Part shown: positions 52,563-61,044 of the stretch, in pieces
Numbering within the stretch: the first letter of the stretch is position 1
Layout of the letters: every line of letters starts with the position of its first letter
Assembly (NCBI GenBank): GCA_031400455.1
Contig: JANNPX010000005.1
Coordinates: 25,577-89,576, forward strand
DNA from: Chloroflexota bacterium
Lineage (GTDB): Bacteria > Chloroflexota > Dehalococcoidia > DSTF01 > JACRBR01
Direction of reading: 5' to 3'
DNA: 64,000 bases
The notes under the pieces: model-generated
Databases searched by the model: none
Told to the model about the DNA's origin: nothing
What the model saw: the letters and a program-made list of their open reading frames with translations, nothing else
Program-made: the position numbers and the translations under genes

Positions 52563-53138
52563 TCACCGCCGCTTCAGGGCGAATGGCTCGTCATCCACGA
52601 CGAAGTGCTCGGGCACGGCATCGCCGAATCGGTCCACTCTCACCTGCACCGCGACGACGTGACCGCTTCCCGTTGGTAGGGCCGCCGCGCTGCCTTCCGG
52701 CACGAAGATCTGCTCGATGTCGTAGCGCACTCGGATCACGCCGCTGCTCGTCGGTCGCCACCCGCCGAGCGCGTCGTCGAAGAATCCCCCGGCATCGCCA
52801 CGCACCAACACGGTGCCGTCGAACGTACGCTCCCCGCGGCCGTGCACGGCGACGGCAAACCAGTACCCGTCGTCGCCACGCTGCAGTTCGACGAAGACCT
52901 CACCGCCGTACTGGTCATCGCCTGCCACCTCGTCGAGGTCGATGGTGGAGATCGCATACGAAATCTCCGCGAAGTCGCCGCTCAGCAGGTTGCGCGTGTC
53001 GGTCACGGTGGTCTTCAGCAGGATCGTCTCGCTGGTCCAGATGACGTACTGTTTGAACCCGATCACGGACAGCAGAACGAGGAGTTGCACGGCGACGATG
53101 ATCAGCAGCTTCTTCGCGGGGGACAGCCTGGTAATCAC
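52563..53138 (-). CDS. GDYXXLXY domain protein
   Basis: N-terminal TM, ILLKT...D.RNLLSGDFAEISY, RYDIEQIFVPEG. Confidence 0.82.
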   Translation of the reverse strand: MITRLSPAKKLLIIVAVQLLVLLSVIGFKQYVIWTSETILLKTTVTDTRNLLSGDFAEISYAISTIDLDEVAGDDQYGGEVFVELQRGDDGYWFAVAVHGRGERTFDGTVLVRGDAGGFFDDALGGWRPTSSGVIRVRYDIEQIFVPEGSAAALPTGSGHVVAVQVRVDRFGDAVPEHFVVDDEPFALKRR

Positions 53139-54364
53139 GTGGCCACCTCCGGCGAATCAGGCTGCGGCGAGTCGGACATCGCGCGTACGAGGCCGCGCCG
53201 CATGCGTTCGAGCGCGAACGCGACACCCAGCAGCAGCAGCCCGCCGATGATGAAGAATGCGGAGCCAGCCAGCAGCGACCAGAAGACATCCACGTACCGC
53301 GTGAGCAGGCCGAGCGCGACGAGGATCAACCCCGCGTTGACATAGCGCTCGTCGCCCCGGACGTAGCCGTGAGTGACGATCCCGGCAGCAATGGCAAAGT
53401 ACGCCGCGTTGAAGACAATGGCGTAGCCTGTCCAGCCGGGCCACGTCGCGACCACCGCCGCAAGCCCAAGCAGCGTGACTTCGATGCCCGTTTCGATGTT
53501 GGCCTCCACATCGTGCGGCCGCAGCAACCATTGGGCTGCCACCGGAAAGAGCGCCAGCAGGACCGACACGTAGACAACGGGCGGCGCCGCGTACGATTCG
53601 ACCCCCGCGTCGATCATCGCTGACCACGGCTCGTCGAAGGTGAAGATGTAGATGAGCCCGAGCAGCGCGAGCAGTCCGGCGAACACGTAGGTGTCGGTGA
53701 ATCGCTCGAGTTCGCTCTGCAGCTCGTGCAAGCGGCCGATCGCATAGAAGGCGATACCGAGCGTCGCGATCACGATGAGCGCAGACTGCGTCTTGGGCGA
53801 ATCGGGGTACTGGGCGATGAGTAGAGAGGTCACCCCGAAGGTGAGTTGGGCCAGCGCCAGCAGCATGATGATGCGCGAACCGAACAGGTACGCCAGCGGT
53901 ACCGCGCCGGCTGCCGCGAGGAGGATCAGGAGCCCAAGCCCAGAGTTGTCGTCCAGTGGTATGTCGTAGATCTGAGCGATCAGGAACAGGCCGGCATCGT
54001 AGAGCAGCACGCCGAGCAGGATCAAAGCGCTGCCGAGGCGCTGCATGTCGTACCGGTAGATCAACTGGTACCCAAGCCCGTACGCCACGCTGATGCCGGC
54101 GAACACCGCCCCAACGCGGAACCACGACGGCATCGTCTCCCAGTTCGCGGCAAATAGCAGCACGACACCTGCGGCCAATACGATCGCGCCGATGATGGAT
54201 ACCGCGGTGGCGAACCAGCCGAGGCGCAACGCGCGGACGGTCGCGGCGGCGCTCACGCCAGATCGGGCGAGCAGTGCCCGCTCCTGCGCTTCGCTAATCA
54301 GGCCTTCACGGCGCCAGACCGCGGCGTCATGCACGAGGCGCTCGCGGTATTCCTGTTCGTCCAT
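53135..54364 (-). CDS. DUF2157 domain membrane protein
   Basis: W.REGLISEAQ, GA...G...FAANW, LIAQIY, multiple TM helices; coupled to the GDYXXLXY gene. Confidence 0.85.
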   Translation of the reverse strand: MDEQEYRERLVHDAAVWRREGLISEAQERALLARSGVSAAATVRALRLGWFATAVSIIGAIVLAAGVVLLFAANWETMPSWFRVGAVFAGISVAYGLGYQLIYRYDMQRLGSALILLGVLLYDAGLFLIAQIYDIPLDDNSGLGLLILLAAAGAVPLAYLFGSRIIMLLALAQLTFGVTSLLIAQYPDSPKTQSALIVIATLGIAFYAIGRLHELQSELERFTDTYVFAGLLALLGLIYIFTFDEPWSAMIDAGVESYAAPPVVYVSVLLALFPVAAQWLLRPHDVEANIETGIEVTLLGLAAVVATWPGWTGYAIVFNAAYFAIAAGIVTHGYVRGDERYVNAGLILVALGLLTRYVDVFWSLLAGSAFFIIGGLLLLGVAFALERMRRGLVRAMSDSPQPDSPEVAT

Positions 54365-54459
54365 GGTGGCAGTATGGGGCAAGGACGGTCGTACGGAGGG
54401 TGTTGAATGAACCATTCGCGGGGCCAGATGGACTATTCTCGATGATCGTGCCGGGCCAC

Positions 54460-55242
54460 TCAGTGGCGCAGCGTCACATCCCCGGCCTCGACCCGCACAA
54501 CTTGGCCATCGGCAGTGCGAACGAGCAGCGCCCCATCTGCATCCACGTCCTCCGCCACGCCCTCCACCGACCCGCCCTGCCACGCCGCCCGCACGTCCTG
54601 CCGCAGCGTGACGAGTCGCTCACGCCAGCGATCGCGGGCCGATGTGCCCGACTTCGAAGCAACATAGCCCGCCTCGAAGTGCGCCAGGTACGACGCGAGC
54701 AGCGTTTCGCGATCGACATCCCGCCCGAGTTCTGCGCGCAGGCTCGTGGCGATATCGCGTATCTCCGCGTGCTCGCGCGGGTCGAAGTTCACATTGATGC
54801 CGGTGCCGACGAGCACAACGCCCACCCCTCCGTCCGCTGGCGGCTCCGGCACTTCGATCAGCACACCGGCGAGCTTCTTGCCGCCGATCTGCACGTCGTT
54901 CGGCCATTTGATGTCAGCGCCAATGCCCGCCACCTCTTCGACCGCGTCGCAGATCGCCAGCGGCGTGATCATCGCGATCGCCCGCAGCACCGATGCTGGC
55001 GGCCGAAGCAGCAGCGTCGCCGCGAGGTTCGTCGCCGGCGGCGTGATCCACGAACGGCCGAGCCGTCCGCGTCCCGCCGTCTGCTCGTCGGCGAACGCGA
55101 CCGTGCCCTCTGGCGCGGCATGCGCGGCGGCGTCACGCGCGAGGTCCATCGTGGAACCGACGCTCGCCTCGAAGATCAGGCTGCGTCCGAACGATGTCGT
55201 CCGCAGCAGCCCGTGAAAACGCGTCACGTCGAAGGGCGTCAT
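54460..55242 (-). CDS. birA: Biotin-protein ligase without an N-terminal HTH
   Basis: STMD, EQTAGRGRLGRSW, KWPND, KKLAGVL, GTGINV, GALLV. Confidence 0.95.
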   Translation of the reverse strand: MTPFDVTRFHGLLRTTSFGRSLIFEASVGSTMDLARDAAAHAAPEGTVAFADEQTAGRGRLGRSWITPPATNLAATLLLRPPASVLRAIAMITPLAICDAVEEVAGIGADIKWPNDVQIGGKKLAGVLIEVPEPPADGGVGVVLVGTGINVNFDPREHAEIRDIATSLRAELGRDVDRETLLASYLAHFEAGYVASKSGTSARDRWRERLVTLRQDVRAAWQGGSVEGVAEDVDADGALLVRTADGQVVRVEAGDVTLRH

Positions 55243-55247
55243 TGTCG

Positions 55248-55811
55248 CTACGTCCCGCCGGTGCTACCGAGGCTCAGCATCGTCGCGCACTTGAAGTCGG
55301 CGCCCGCCGTACCCTTCGTGCGCGCGAGATCCTGAAGCCGCGCGCACGCCGCCACCCACTGCACCACGGCGCCAGATGTGCTGAGCGATAGCGTCAACTC
55401 GCTCGACGTCGGCGTGTGTGAAGGAGATGACAGCTTCCGCTGCACTCCGTCGAATGCGTTGGCGATGGCCTTCGATTGCTTGCCGAAGTTCTTGTGCGCC
55501 GCTGCCGCCTGACCCGGTGCGTCGATCTTGTCGAGCGCTGCCGCAAAGGCGTTGAGAGCATCGTCATACACCCGAAGCGTCGCCGCCAGTTCGGGCCCCT
55601 GCGCGTTCCCACTCGTATCGAGCTTCGGGATGGTTTGTGCAAGCGTGTCCACCACCGGCGTCAGCAGCGCGAAATACGCCTGGTACTCGGCGGCCGTCGT
55701 CGTGTCCGGCGCGGCCTTCTTCTTGTCGTCACCGCACGCCGTCGCCAGCGATGCAAGGACCGCGACCGCGCCGGCGATGAGAATTGCTCGCCGCAAGGAT
55801 GCGCACATCAT
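55248..55811 (-). CDS. Hypothetical lipoprotein
   Basis: Signal peptide with LATAC lipobox, helical body, GGAGG SD. Confidence 0.75.
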   Translation of the reverse strand: MMCASLRRAILIAGAVAVLASLATACGDDKKKAAPDTTTAAEYQAYFALLTPVVDTLAQTIPKLDTSGNAQGPELAATLRVYDDALNAFAAALDKIDAPGQAAAAHKNFGKQSKAIANAFDGVQRKLSSPSHTPTSSELTLSLSTSGAVVQWVAACARLQDLARTKGTAGADFKCATMLSLGSTGGT

Positions 55812-55842
55812 GGAAAACTCCTCCCGCCTGAGCATCCCAGCG

Positions 55843-57678
55843 TCACTTATCCAGCCGCAGAACCGCCATGAAAGCCTCCTGCGGGATGTCGACGTTACCG
55901 ACGCGCTTCATGCGCTTCTTGCCCTCGGCTTGCTTCTCCAGCAGTTTACGCTTGCGCGAGACATCGCCGCCGTAGCACTTCGCCAGCACGTTCTTCCGCA
56001 TCGCACGGATCGTCTCGCGCGCCACGATCCGCCCGCCGATCGCGGCCTGTATCGGCACATCGAACATCTGGCGCGGGATCAGAGACCGCAGCTTCTCGAC
56101 GAGCAGGCGGCCCTGCACTGCCGCGTTCTCGCGATGGGTGATCATCGACAGGGCATCAACAGGCTCGCCGTTCACCAAGATGTCGAGCTTCACCAGCGGC
56201 GCCGCCCGGTACTCGCTGAAGCTGTAGTCGAGGCTCGCGTATCCTTGCGTGCCCGACTTCAGTTCATCGTAGAAGTCGACCAGGATCTCCGACAGCGGGA
56301 TGCGATAGTCGAGCACGACCCGTCCCTCGCCCTTCTTCGTCCCGTCGTCCTGCACGATGCTGTGCTGCAAGTACTCCATCCGCTTGAACTCGCCGCGATT
56401 GCTCGTCACCAACTCCATTACGGGGCCGATGTAGCGGTCGGGGCAGACCACGGAGATATCCATCCAGGGCTCGCGCACCTGTCCGATCTCCTGCGGCGGC
56501 GGTAGCTCCGCGGGATTGTCGATGACGATCTCCTGCCCGTTCGTCTTCGTCACCTGGTACTCGACGCTCGGCGCTGTCGCGAGCAGGTTGAGGTCGTACT
56601 CTCGCTCGAGCCGCTCCTGCACGATCTCCATATGCAGCAGCCCGAGGAAACCGCAGCGGAACCCGAATCCCAGCGCAGCGCTGGACTCCGGCTCGAACAC
56701 CAGCGACGCATCGCTGAGCTGTAGCTTGTCCAGCGCGTCGCGCAGCAGCGGGTACTCGTTCGCGGACGACGGGTAGAGCCCCGCGAACACCATCGGCTTC
56801 GCGGGACGATATCCCGCGAGCGCCTCCTCCGCCGGCTTGGCGTCGTCAGTGAACGTATCGCCGACCCGGCACTCCTTGACATTCTTGAGCCCCGTGGCGA
56901 CGTAGCCAACCTCGCCCGGCCCCAGCTCCGAAACCGGCTCAAGCGCCGGACGGAAGACCCCGACCTCGATCGTGTCGACGGCGAGATTGTTCGCCATCAG
57001 TCGCAGCCTGCGCCGGCTGTTCGCGACGCCATCGACCACCCGCACGTAGGCGATGACGCCCTTGTAGGCGTCGTATTTGCTGTCGAAGATCAGCGCGCGC
57101 AGCGGCCGCTCGCTCGTGTCCGCCGGCGGCGCGATGCGATCGACGATCGCCTGTAGCAGCTCCTGCGTGCCAGTGCCCTCTTTCGCCGATGCGAACAGGA
57201 TCTCGTCCGCGCCGAAGCCCAGCGTATCGACGAGTTCTTGCGCGACACGCTCCGGCTCCGCGCTGGGCAAGTCGATCTTGTTGATGACGGGGATGAGCTT
57301 GAGATCGGCTTCCAGCGCCAGATAGACGTTCGCCAGCGTCTGCGCCTGGATCCCCTGCGCGGCGTCGACGATCAGCAGCGCGCCCTCGCACGCCGCTAAC
57401 GCCCGCGACACCTCGTACCCGAAGTCGACGTGCCCGGGCGTATCGATCAGGTTCAGCTCGTACTCAACGCCGTCCGCTGCGGTGAAGGCCATCCGGACGG
57501 CCTTCGCCTTGATCGTCACGCCCTTTTCGCGCTCGAGATCCATGTCATCGAGCACCTGCGCGGACATGTCGCGCTTCGAGATCGTCCCCGTCATCTCGAG
57601 GAAGCGGTCTGCGAGCGTCGATTTGCCGTGGTCGATGTGGGCGATGATGCAGAAGTTGCGTATTCGCGCTGGTTCCAT
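55843..57678 (-). CDS. lepA: Elongation factor 4
   Basis: [56 protein letters not shown]. Confidence 0.99.
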   Translation of the reverse strand: MEPARIRNFCIIAHIDHGKSTLADRFLEMTGTISKRDMSAQVLDDMDLEREKGVTIKAKAVRMAFTAADGVEYELNLIDTPGHVDFGYEVSRALAACEGALLIVDAAQGIQAQTLANVYLALEADLKLIPVINKIDLPSAEPERVAQELVDTLGFGADEILFASAKEGTGTQELLQAIVDRIAPPADTSERPLRALIFDSKYDAYKGVIAYVRVVDGVANSRRRLRLMANNLAVDTIEVGVFRPALEPVSELGPGEVGYVATGLKNVKECRVGDTFTDDAKPAEEALAGYRPAKPMVFAGLYPSSANEYPLLRDALDKLQLSDASLVFEPESSAALGFGFRCGFLGLLHMEIVQERLEREYDLNLLATAPSVEYQVTKTNGQEIVIDNPAELPPPQEIGQVREPWMDISVVCPDRYIGPVMELVTSNRGEFKRMEYLQHSIVQDDGTKKGEGRVVLDYRIPLSEILVDFYDELKSGTQGYASLDYSFSEYRAAPLVKLDILVNGEPVDALSMITHRENAAVQGRLLVEKLRSLIPRQMFDVPIQAAIGGRIVARETIRAMRKNVLAKCYGGDVSRKRKLLEKQAEGKKRMKRVGNVDIPQEAFMAVLRLDK

Positions 57679-57749
57679 CTGGCTTCAGGGTAGCAACCCC
57701 GCCGCCAACGCGCTGGAACGTGTTGCCCGGTCGCCGCACCCGTCGTCAG

Positions 57750-57772
57750 GTAGGGCGCAACCCGTTGCACCC
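57750..57772 (+). repeat. GTAG-type REP-like hairpin
   Basis: GTA-GGGCGCAAC-CC-GTTGCACCC (one mismatch). Confidence 0.5.
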
Positions 57773-57820
57773 GCGTTCTGGACGAGGCCGCTCGTCGCGC
57801 ACGCCACATCCACGGTGGGC

Positions 57821-58927
57821 TTAGCCAGCCGCCGCCGCCGGCGGCCCCGACGCAATCATCCTGAGGAACTCCGGGCTCGGATCCAGCGTCGCAAGCTGGG
57901 CCGTCACTTCGTACATGATCTGTGTCGCGGCGTTCCGCTGCTGCTCGTACCCCGTCAGCGCTTCGTCCAGCGGTGCGCGGCCCGAGAAGCCGGCGTCGAT
58001 CGCGTCAGCCAGTAGTTCCGCATCGCGGAACGCATCCGTGATGCCAGCGCCCGTCACAGGATCTTTGTGATACCCGGCGTCGCCGACGAGCGCCCAGCCC
58101 GGCCCGTACGGCTTGCGGTAGAAGCTCGGTCCGACGCGCATCCCGAACATCTTCTCCGTTCGCGTGCCGGCGCGCAGCAGTCCCGCGACATCGGAGACCG
58201 TATCGACCGCAGCCAGCAGTCCCGCCTCGGGATCGCGTCGAAGCTCCGCGAACGTATCGGCGGGCTGTTCGGTGCCGATGCATACTTCGCCGTCATTCGT
58301 CGGAAAGACGAAGACGGCCTTCTTGCTCTTGATGTGCAACTCCGCCTGCTCGACGACCGGATCCGTCCGCCAATACGAATAGAAGCCGCAGGTGAGACCG
58401 GGCCGCACGTTGTACTCTTCCGGTTGCACGGCCTTCGCGACAACTGACCCCGCTCCGTCAGCGCCGATGACGATGCGTGCAGTCGCCTCAATGTCACTCC
58501 CCGCGGCCGAACGCCCACAGATGCCCGTCACGTGTTCGCTATCGCGGATGATCTCGCGCACCGACACACCCTCGCGAACCTCTACGCCGGCCTCGCGCGC
58601 CGCGTCGACAAGCAGCTTGTCCAGCACCGTGCGCCGCGGCGCCAGCCCGAACGCCGAATCGTCCGCGCCGGGCCCGTCGAGATCCACGCCGTTGATCGTC
58701 GTCCGCAGCGAACCCAGCCTCGGACAACCCGTCGCCAGCACCCGGTCTAGCAATCCCCAGCGAGACAACGCGTCCGCGCCCGGCGGCTGGATGTAGTGCG
58801 TCGAGATCACGTCGCTCGGAAACGTCGAGCGATCCACGAGGAGCACCCGGTACCCCGTTCGCGCCAGCAGCATCGCAGTCGGCGCTCCAGCAACCCGGGC
58901 TCCAACCACAATCGCGTCGTATTCCAT
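57821..58927 (-). CDS. FAD-dependent oxidoreductase (geranylgeranyl reductase/monooxygenase-like)
   Basis: YDAIVVGARVAGA, IGADG, LVGDAGYHKDPVTGAGITDA; ATG at 58927. Confidence 0.9.
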   Translation of the reverse strand: MEYDAIVVGARVAGAPTAMLLARTGYRVLLVDRSTFPSDVISTHYIQPPGADALSRWGLLDRVLATGCPRLGSLRTTINGVDLDGPGADDSAFGLAPRRTVLDKLLVDAAREAGVEVREGVSVREIIRDSEHVTGICGRSAAGSDIEATARIVIGADGAGSVVAKAVQPEEYNVRPGLTCGFYSYWRTDPVVEQAELHIKSKKAVFVFPTNDGEVCIGTEQPADTFAELRRDPEAGLLAAVDTVSDVAGLLRAGTRTEKMFGMRVGPSFYRKPYGPGWALVGDAGYHKDPVTGAGITDAFRDAELLADAIDAGFSGRAPLDEALTGYEQQRNAATQIMYEVTAQLATLDPSPEFLRMIASGPPAAAAG

Positions 58928-58953
58928 GTCGCACCGCCCTCGCTTACCAACCC

Positions 58954-58980
58954 AATCTGTGCCATCTGTGAAATCTGTGG
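58954..58980. repeat. Three 9-mer tandem units xATCTGTGx
   Basis: AATCTGTGC CATCTGTGA AATCTGTGG. Confidence 0.75.
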
Positions 58981-58989
58981 TTCCGACCC

Positions 58990-59754
58990 CTACGCTGTAC
59001 GGCTCCGCAGCGCCAGCAGCACCAGAGTCATGGTGAACACCCCCAGCCCGCTGATCGACGCGATGCACAGCCCCAGTGATCGCGCGTCCCATCCGTTCAG
59101 CACCAGGTCGCGCTGGCCCTCGACGATGTAAGTCACTGGATTCACCGTCGCAAGGAACTCGAGCCACGGCGCAAAGAACTCCTTCGGCGCAAACGCGGGC
59201 GAAAGGAAGATCAGCGGAAAGAAGATCAGGAATCCCACCTGCGCCGCCTGTGCACTCCCCGTCTTCAACGCAATTGCGACGCCGATGCCGGAGTACGCGA
59301 GGCCGAACATTCCCGACACGATGATCAGCACAACGAAGCCGATCGGGCCCGTCTCGAATCCGGAGCCCGCAATGATCCCGACAACGACAATCAGCGTCGA
59401 GAGGATCATTGTGCGGATGCCATCGGCGGCCAGCCGTCCCGCCACGAGCGAGAACCGCGGCGTCGGCGTCAGCATCAGCTTGTCGAAGTAGCCGCGCTCG
59501 ATGTCCGTGACCATGCCGAGCCCCGCCGATCCCGCCGCGCCTGCAACAGCCTGTAGGACGGCCACAGGCATCTGGAAGCCGGTGTAGTTCGTCACACCGA
59601 ACGCTCGCCCCGCCACGTTGCCGATCGCGCCGACCGTGACGGCGAAGAAGAACATTGGGATGAAGATGTTCGTGATCTCCAGGGCGGGTTGTCGCGCGGT
59701 CTCGCGCAGGGCCCGGATGGTGAGGTATCGCGTATCGCTCAGCGTGCGGATCAT
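58990..59754 (-). CDS. ABC-2 type transporter permease (DrrB-like)
   Basis: Six TM helices, DIERGYFDKL..TP, FLSPAF.P, NPVTY. Confidence 0.92.
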   Translation of the reverse strand: MIRTLSDTRYLTIRALRETARQPALEITNIFIPMFFFAVTVGAIGNVAGRAFGVTNYTGFQMPVAVLQAVAGAAGSAGLGMVTDIERGYFDKLMLTPTPRFSLVAGRLAADGIRTMILSTLIVVVGIIAGSGFETGPIGFVVLIIVSGMFGLAYSGIGVAIALKTGSAQAAQVGFLIFFPLIFLSPAFAPKEFFAPWLEFLATVNPVTYIVEGQRDLVLNGWDARSLGLCIASISGLGVFTMTLVLLALRSRTA

Positions 59755-60743
59755 CAGTGATTGCCTCGCGTTGGTTGGAGAGCAGCCGAAGGCGCCTCGG
59801 CTTCCAGGTGGTGCCCCGTCTTCTGTAGGAATACATCGTCCAGCGTCGGCTGCTTGAGCGTTACTTGGCGCGCCCGGAGCGACGCTTCGTCGAGCAGCAA
59901 CACAAGTCGCGAGATGGCAGCGCTTCCTTCGCGCACGTACACGATCACGGCGTCGTCGATGATCCGAACATCTTCGACGCCTTCGAGACGTCGCACCGTA
60001 TGCTCCGCGCGTGCCAGCTCGTCTGCCCCACCTTCGATTTGCAGCGACACGACGTCGGTGCCGATGCTCGCCTTCAGCTCCGCCGGCGAACCCTGCGCCA
60101 CGATGCGTCCCGCGTCCATGATTGCGACATCGTCCGCAAGGCGGTCGGCCTCCTCCAGATATTGCGTGGTCAGGAAGAAGGTAACGCCCTCGCTCTTGTT
60201 AAGTTCCGCGACGTAGCGCCAGATCGCGTCACGGCTGATCGGGTCGAGACCGCTCGTCGGCTCATCCAGAAAGACGACCTTCGGTCTGTGCACCAGCGCA
60301 GCAGCCAGATCGAGTCGCCGCTGCATGCCGCCGGAGTAAGTCTTCACACGGCGGTCGGCGGAATCTTCGAGATCCACAACCCGAAGGAGATGTGCGACCC
60401 GCTCCGCGACGTCAGCGGCCGAAAGCCGATAGAGCCGCGCTTGCAGGGTCAGCAGCTCACGTCCTGTTTGCACGTCATCCAGCCCTGCCTCTTGCAGTGC
60501 TACGCCAATGCGTTGCCGCACGTCGCCGGGCGATCGTGCAACGTCGAACCCGAGAACTTCCGCGCGGCCGGCGCTCGGGCGGAGCAGCGTCGTGAGCATG
60601 CGGACAGTCGTCGTCTTTCCAGAGCCGTTGGCCCCGAGAAACCCGAAGATCGTCGCCTCACCGATCGCGAGATCGATGCCGTCCACCGCGCGGATCTCCG
60701 GCGTGAAGTGCTTCGCAAGGAGCTCGACGAGGATCGCGGTCAT
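59754..60743 (-). CDS. ABC transporter ATP-binding protein (DrrA-like)
   Basis: GANGSGKTT, YSGGMQRRL, LDEPTSGLD, TTQYLEEAD, PTLDDVF. Confidence 0.95.
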   Translation of the reverse strand: MTAILVELLAKHFTPEIRAVDGIDLAIGEATIFGFLGANGSGKTTTVRMLTTLLRPSAGRAEVLGFDVARSPGDVRQRIGVALQEAGLDDVQTGRELLTLQARLYRLSAADVAERVAHLLRVVDLEDSADRRVKTYSGGMQRRLDLAAALVHRPKVVFLDEPTSGLDPISRDAIWRYVAELNKSEGVTFFLTTQYLEEADRLADDVAIMDAGRIVAQGSPAELKASIGTDVVSLQIEGGADELARAEHTVRRLEGVEDVRIIDDAVIVYVREGSAAISRLVLLLDEASLRARQVTLKQPTLDDVFLQKTGHHLEAEAPSAALQPTRGNH

Positions 60744-61044
60744 GTCGCCAGTCTAACGTCCGCCAGTCGCTGGCCGCCGCGACGCAGCTGCGCTTTTCGA
60801 AGGAACGGTGTCCCCGCGACACAAATGGCAATCATTGCCGATCCGCGTCCGGCGGCGACCCAGCTGGATGCGACCACAGCTCACATGGAGCTCGCATGTC
60901 ATAACAGACGATTACTTGACGGATGGCGCGGAGAACCTCGTCAATCAGGTGTGCCGCGGTACTCGTCGCCTTGCTCCCCTATCAGCGGCTATGGGACAAT
61001 CGTGCAGCTTCGTCTCCCGACACCATTGATGCGGCGGCCACTGA

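Noticed and set aside
58928-59836. N-terminal extension of the 671-aa ORF suggesting a permease-oxidoreductase fusion
   Set aside because: The extension is an alternative frame over the ABC permease; the real flavoprotein begins at the ATG at 58927 with its GxGxxG-like motif.
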